DNA of 8,419 nucleotides from a virus (Duplodnaviria; Heunggongvirae; Uroviricota; Caudoviricetes): IMG/VR virus record IMGVR_UViG_2695420532_000013; one strand, 5' to 3'. Shown piece by piece: positions 6,388 to 8,419 of this stretch (position 1 is its first letter; each line of letters starts with the position of its first letter). The notes under the pieces were generated by a model. It saw only the letters and a program-made list of their open reading frames with translations, ran no database searches and was not told where the DNA came from. The position numbers and the translations under genes were made by a program.

Positions 6388-8419
6388 CGCCTGCCTCCGG
6401 AAAAGACGCCGCCATCACGCATCTGCGCCTGAATCTCATCCTGCGCCCCCTTGCGGGCCATGTCATACACCGCCTTCATCAGCTGCGGCCCCGCCTGTCC
6501 GTTGGTGCCGTCGTTCTGAATCACCACGTGATTGTTCTGATTAAAACTAATGCCTTCCGCCCGCCGCATCTGCGCCGGACTTCCGGCACCGCCCACATAA
6601 CCACCTTCCGCATACCCGCGCATCAGACGATACAGGTTGCCGACGCCAATCCGGCTGGTTGCCTCCTTCGTGAAGACAAACTCCCCGCGGTGGACAATAC
6701 CGGCAGGTTCGTATTTGCCACCGGTTCCCGTAAATCCTCCGGTCGCGAAATGGAAGTTCGCCGCCGCAGCCTGAATGGCCGTCCCCGTGGAGGCAGACGC
6801 CCCACCACCGAAAGCACCACCCATGGCGCTGCCAATACTCCCGACAATCCCCACCATGGCCTGCTTCAGAAAAATCTCTGTCAGCATGGAGAGCACAGAA
6901 CGGGTGAAACCACGCCAGCTCTGTTCGCTGCCGGTCAGCATCGCTGCCATATTCTGTGCAATACCGTCAAAGGTCTGCGTGGCCACGCTTTTAACCTGCG
7001 AAAAACTGTCCGTCGCACTTTCTGCCCACTCGCCCCAGCCGGACTTCAGACCGGCCATCCAGCTTCCACGAAGCTGCTCCTCCGCAGACCAGGTGTTCTT
7101 CAGTGCAGATGTGGCCTTCGCCAGCGCATCCGGATTATCACCGTACACGTCACGAAGGCGCTGCTCTTCCGACTCCCGCTGCGCCTGACGGTCGGTGAGT
7201 CCGCGGGCTTTTGCGCTGATTGCCGCCTGCTTCGCACTCTGCTGCTGTTCAAACCGCGCAGCCTGCTGTGCCAGCTCATTCAGCCGTTTCTGGTGTTCAA
7301 CTTTGTCTCCCAGCTCAGCCAGCTGGCGTTTGTACTCCAGCGTCTCTTTCTCATGGGTCAGCAGGGATTTTTCCTGCTCAGATAACTGCCGTTTCGTGGC
7401 TGCCTCTTTCAGGACCGCATACTGATTTTCCGCTTTCCATAAATCGCGACGCTGCTGGCTGATTTTCTCATTCGCTCCGCTGTGCTTCTCCAGCGTCCGG
7501 AGCTCGGTTTCAAGCGCCAGCAGCGCCGCATGCGTCAGGTCTTCCTGACGCTCACCGGCTGACACTTTAACACCTGACGACTTCGGCTTTTTCAGCGTCG
7601 ATTCATAATCCTTTTTCGCCGCCGCCATCAGCGTGTTGTAATCCGCCTGCAGGATTTTCCCGTCTTTCAGGGCCTTATTCAGCTCTTCCTGCCGGTTAGT
7701 ATATTTCTCCAGCGGCGTCAGCAGACGCTCATACGCCTTCTGCGCCTCTCCGGTATACTTCAGCTGTGATGCGTCCCGTTCGGCCCGGTCCCTGGTAGCC
7801 AGTTCACCGGCTTTTTCCATATCCGACTGCAGCGTGGCCGCTGCCAGCCCCAGACGGGCATTTTCCCGGTCATCCCATGCGCCCTGCAGGTTGGCCCGGA
7901 AAGAGGCGGTTTTTCCCCGGCGCTGGCTCCGGCTCTGGTACCACTGCCATTTTTTATCCGCCTCATCAAATGCCTTCTGTGCACTGGCGAGCATATCCGC
8001 TGAGGACTCAGGACGACCGATATCCAGAATGGCATCCCACATCGATTTGAATGCCTTCCCTGTTTTATCCGCCCAGGTCTCCAGTGTTCCCATGTTTTCT
8101 TTCAGGCGACGGGTCTGCTCATCAAAGCCTTTCGTGGCGATATCGTTCGCCGCCTGCAATGCCCCGGCCTCGTCTCCGGAACGCTGCAGCTGTGCAACAT
8201 ACGCAATCTGCTCTGCCGTCACGTTACGGAACTGGCGCGCCATCGCCATCAGTCCCGACGTCGGGTCGGTGGTCAGTTTTCCGAAAGCCTCTGCAACCTT
8301 GTCCACCTCCACACCGGATGCAGAAGCAAAACGCGCGACACTCTGGTTGATGGCATCAAACTGTTCACCACCACGCACACCGGCATTCACCAGGGCTGCC
8401 AGTGACTCACTCGCCTGGT
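6384..8419 (-). CDS. H: Tail tape measure protein H, C-terminal ~678 codons; 5' end lies beyond window end
   Basis: Minus-strand frame open from the window edge (QASESLAALVNAGVRGGEQFDAINQSVARFASASGVEVDKVAEAFGKLTTDPTSG...) to TGA at 6386-6384. Long blocks are identical or near-identical to remembered lambda gpH (SQQRRDLWKAE, GIVHRGEFVFTKEATSRIGVGNLYRLMRGY, AVYDMARKGA). The GTG at 8390 reported by the track is internal, not the true start. Confidence 0.9.
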   Translation of the reverse strand, partial: QASESLAALVNAGVRGGEQFDAINQSVARFASASGVEVDKVAEAFGKLTTDPTSGLMAMARQFRNVTAEQIAYVAQLQRSGDEAGALQAANDIATKGFDEQTRRLKENMGTLETWADKTGKAFKSMWDAILDIGRPESSADMLASAQKAFDEADKKWQWYQSRSQRRGKTASFRANLQGAWDDRENARLGLAAATLQSDMEKAGELATRDRAERDASQLKYTGEAQKAYERLLTPLEKYTNRQEELNKALKDGKILQADYNTLMAAAKKDYESTLKKPKSSGVKVSAGERQEDLTHAALLALETELRTLEKHSGANEKISQQRRDLWKAENQYAVLKEAATKRQLSEQEKSLLTHEKETLEYKRQLAELGDKVEHQKRLNELAQQAARFEQQQSAKQAAISAKARGLTDRQAQRESEEQRLRDVYGDNPDALAKATSALKNTWSAEEQLRGSWMAGLKSGWGEWAESATDSFSQVKSVATQTFDGIAQNMAAMLTGSEQSWRGFTRSVLSMLTEIFLKQAMVGIVGSIGSAMGGAFGGGASASTGTAIQAAAANFHFATGGFTGTGGKYEPAGIVHRGEFVFTKEATSRIGVGNLYRLMRGYAEGGYVGGAGSPAQMRRAEGISFNQNNHVVIQNDGTNGQAGPQLMKAVYDMARKGAQDEIQAQMRDGGVFSGGRR

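Noticed and set aside
6114-7385. 423-aa plus-strand ORF, with nested or overlapping plus-strand ORFs at 6193..6432, 6775..7188, 7195..7425, 7220..7462 and 8051..8350
   Set aside because: Entirely antisense to the strongly supported H and M genes. Translations are low-complexity and Arg/Pro/Ser/Ala-rich, typical of the reverse frame of GC-rich coding DNA. No ribosome-binding site or similarity to any protein family I recognise.
1-8419. Looked for tRNA or tmRNA, CRISPR repeats, IS-element terminal inverted repeats, att-like sites and defence-system genes
   Set aside because: No regularly spaced direct repeats, no cloverleaf-like GC-rich ~75-nt segments, and no transposase or integrase ORFs. 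Every long ORF is accounted for by lambda-like tail genes.

Overview
This window is the distal end of a lambda-like (lambdoid siphovirus) tail gene module, all encoded on the minus strand. Read 5'->3' on the minus strand it runs: tape measure protein H (C-terminal ~680 codons, running off the window at 8419), then M, L, K, I, J, an intrinsic terminator, and the start of the lysogenic-conversion gene lom (running off the window at 1). Gene calls rest on reading the translations against remembered lambda gpH/M/L/K/I/J/Lom sequences; no search was run. Gene junctions follow the lambda pattern: H/M and M/L stop-start overlaps and a 103-nt K/I overlap. Three things are not explained by a plain lambda tail module. 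(1) The I-J spacer is 238 nt, AT-rich and without a credible ORF, and is bracketed by two opposed hairpin+U-run terminators, which suggests a small non-coding moron or sRNA locus. (2) J is split into two overlapping reading frames near 2733, where roughly 20 residues seen in lambda J are missing, so J is frameshifted or the assembly is wrong here. (3) The last ~150 residues of J differ from lambda's LamB-binding domain, which suggests a different receptor. No tRNA, CRISPR, transposase or integrase is visible. All long plus-strand ORFs in the track are antisense artefacts of the GC-rich tail genes. I see no multi-gene undescribed system here; the I-J insert is the only candidate for something new.
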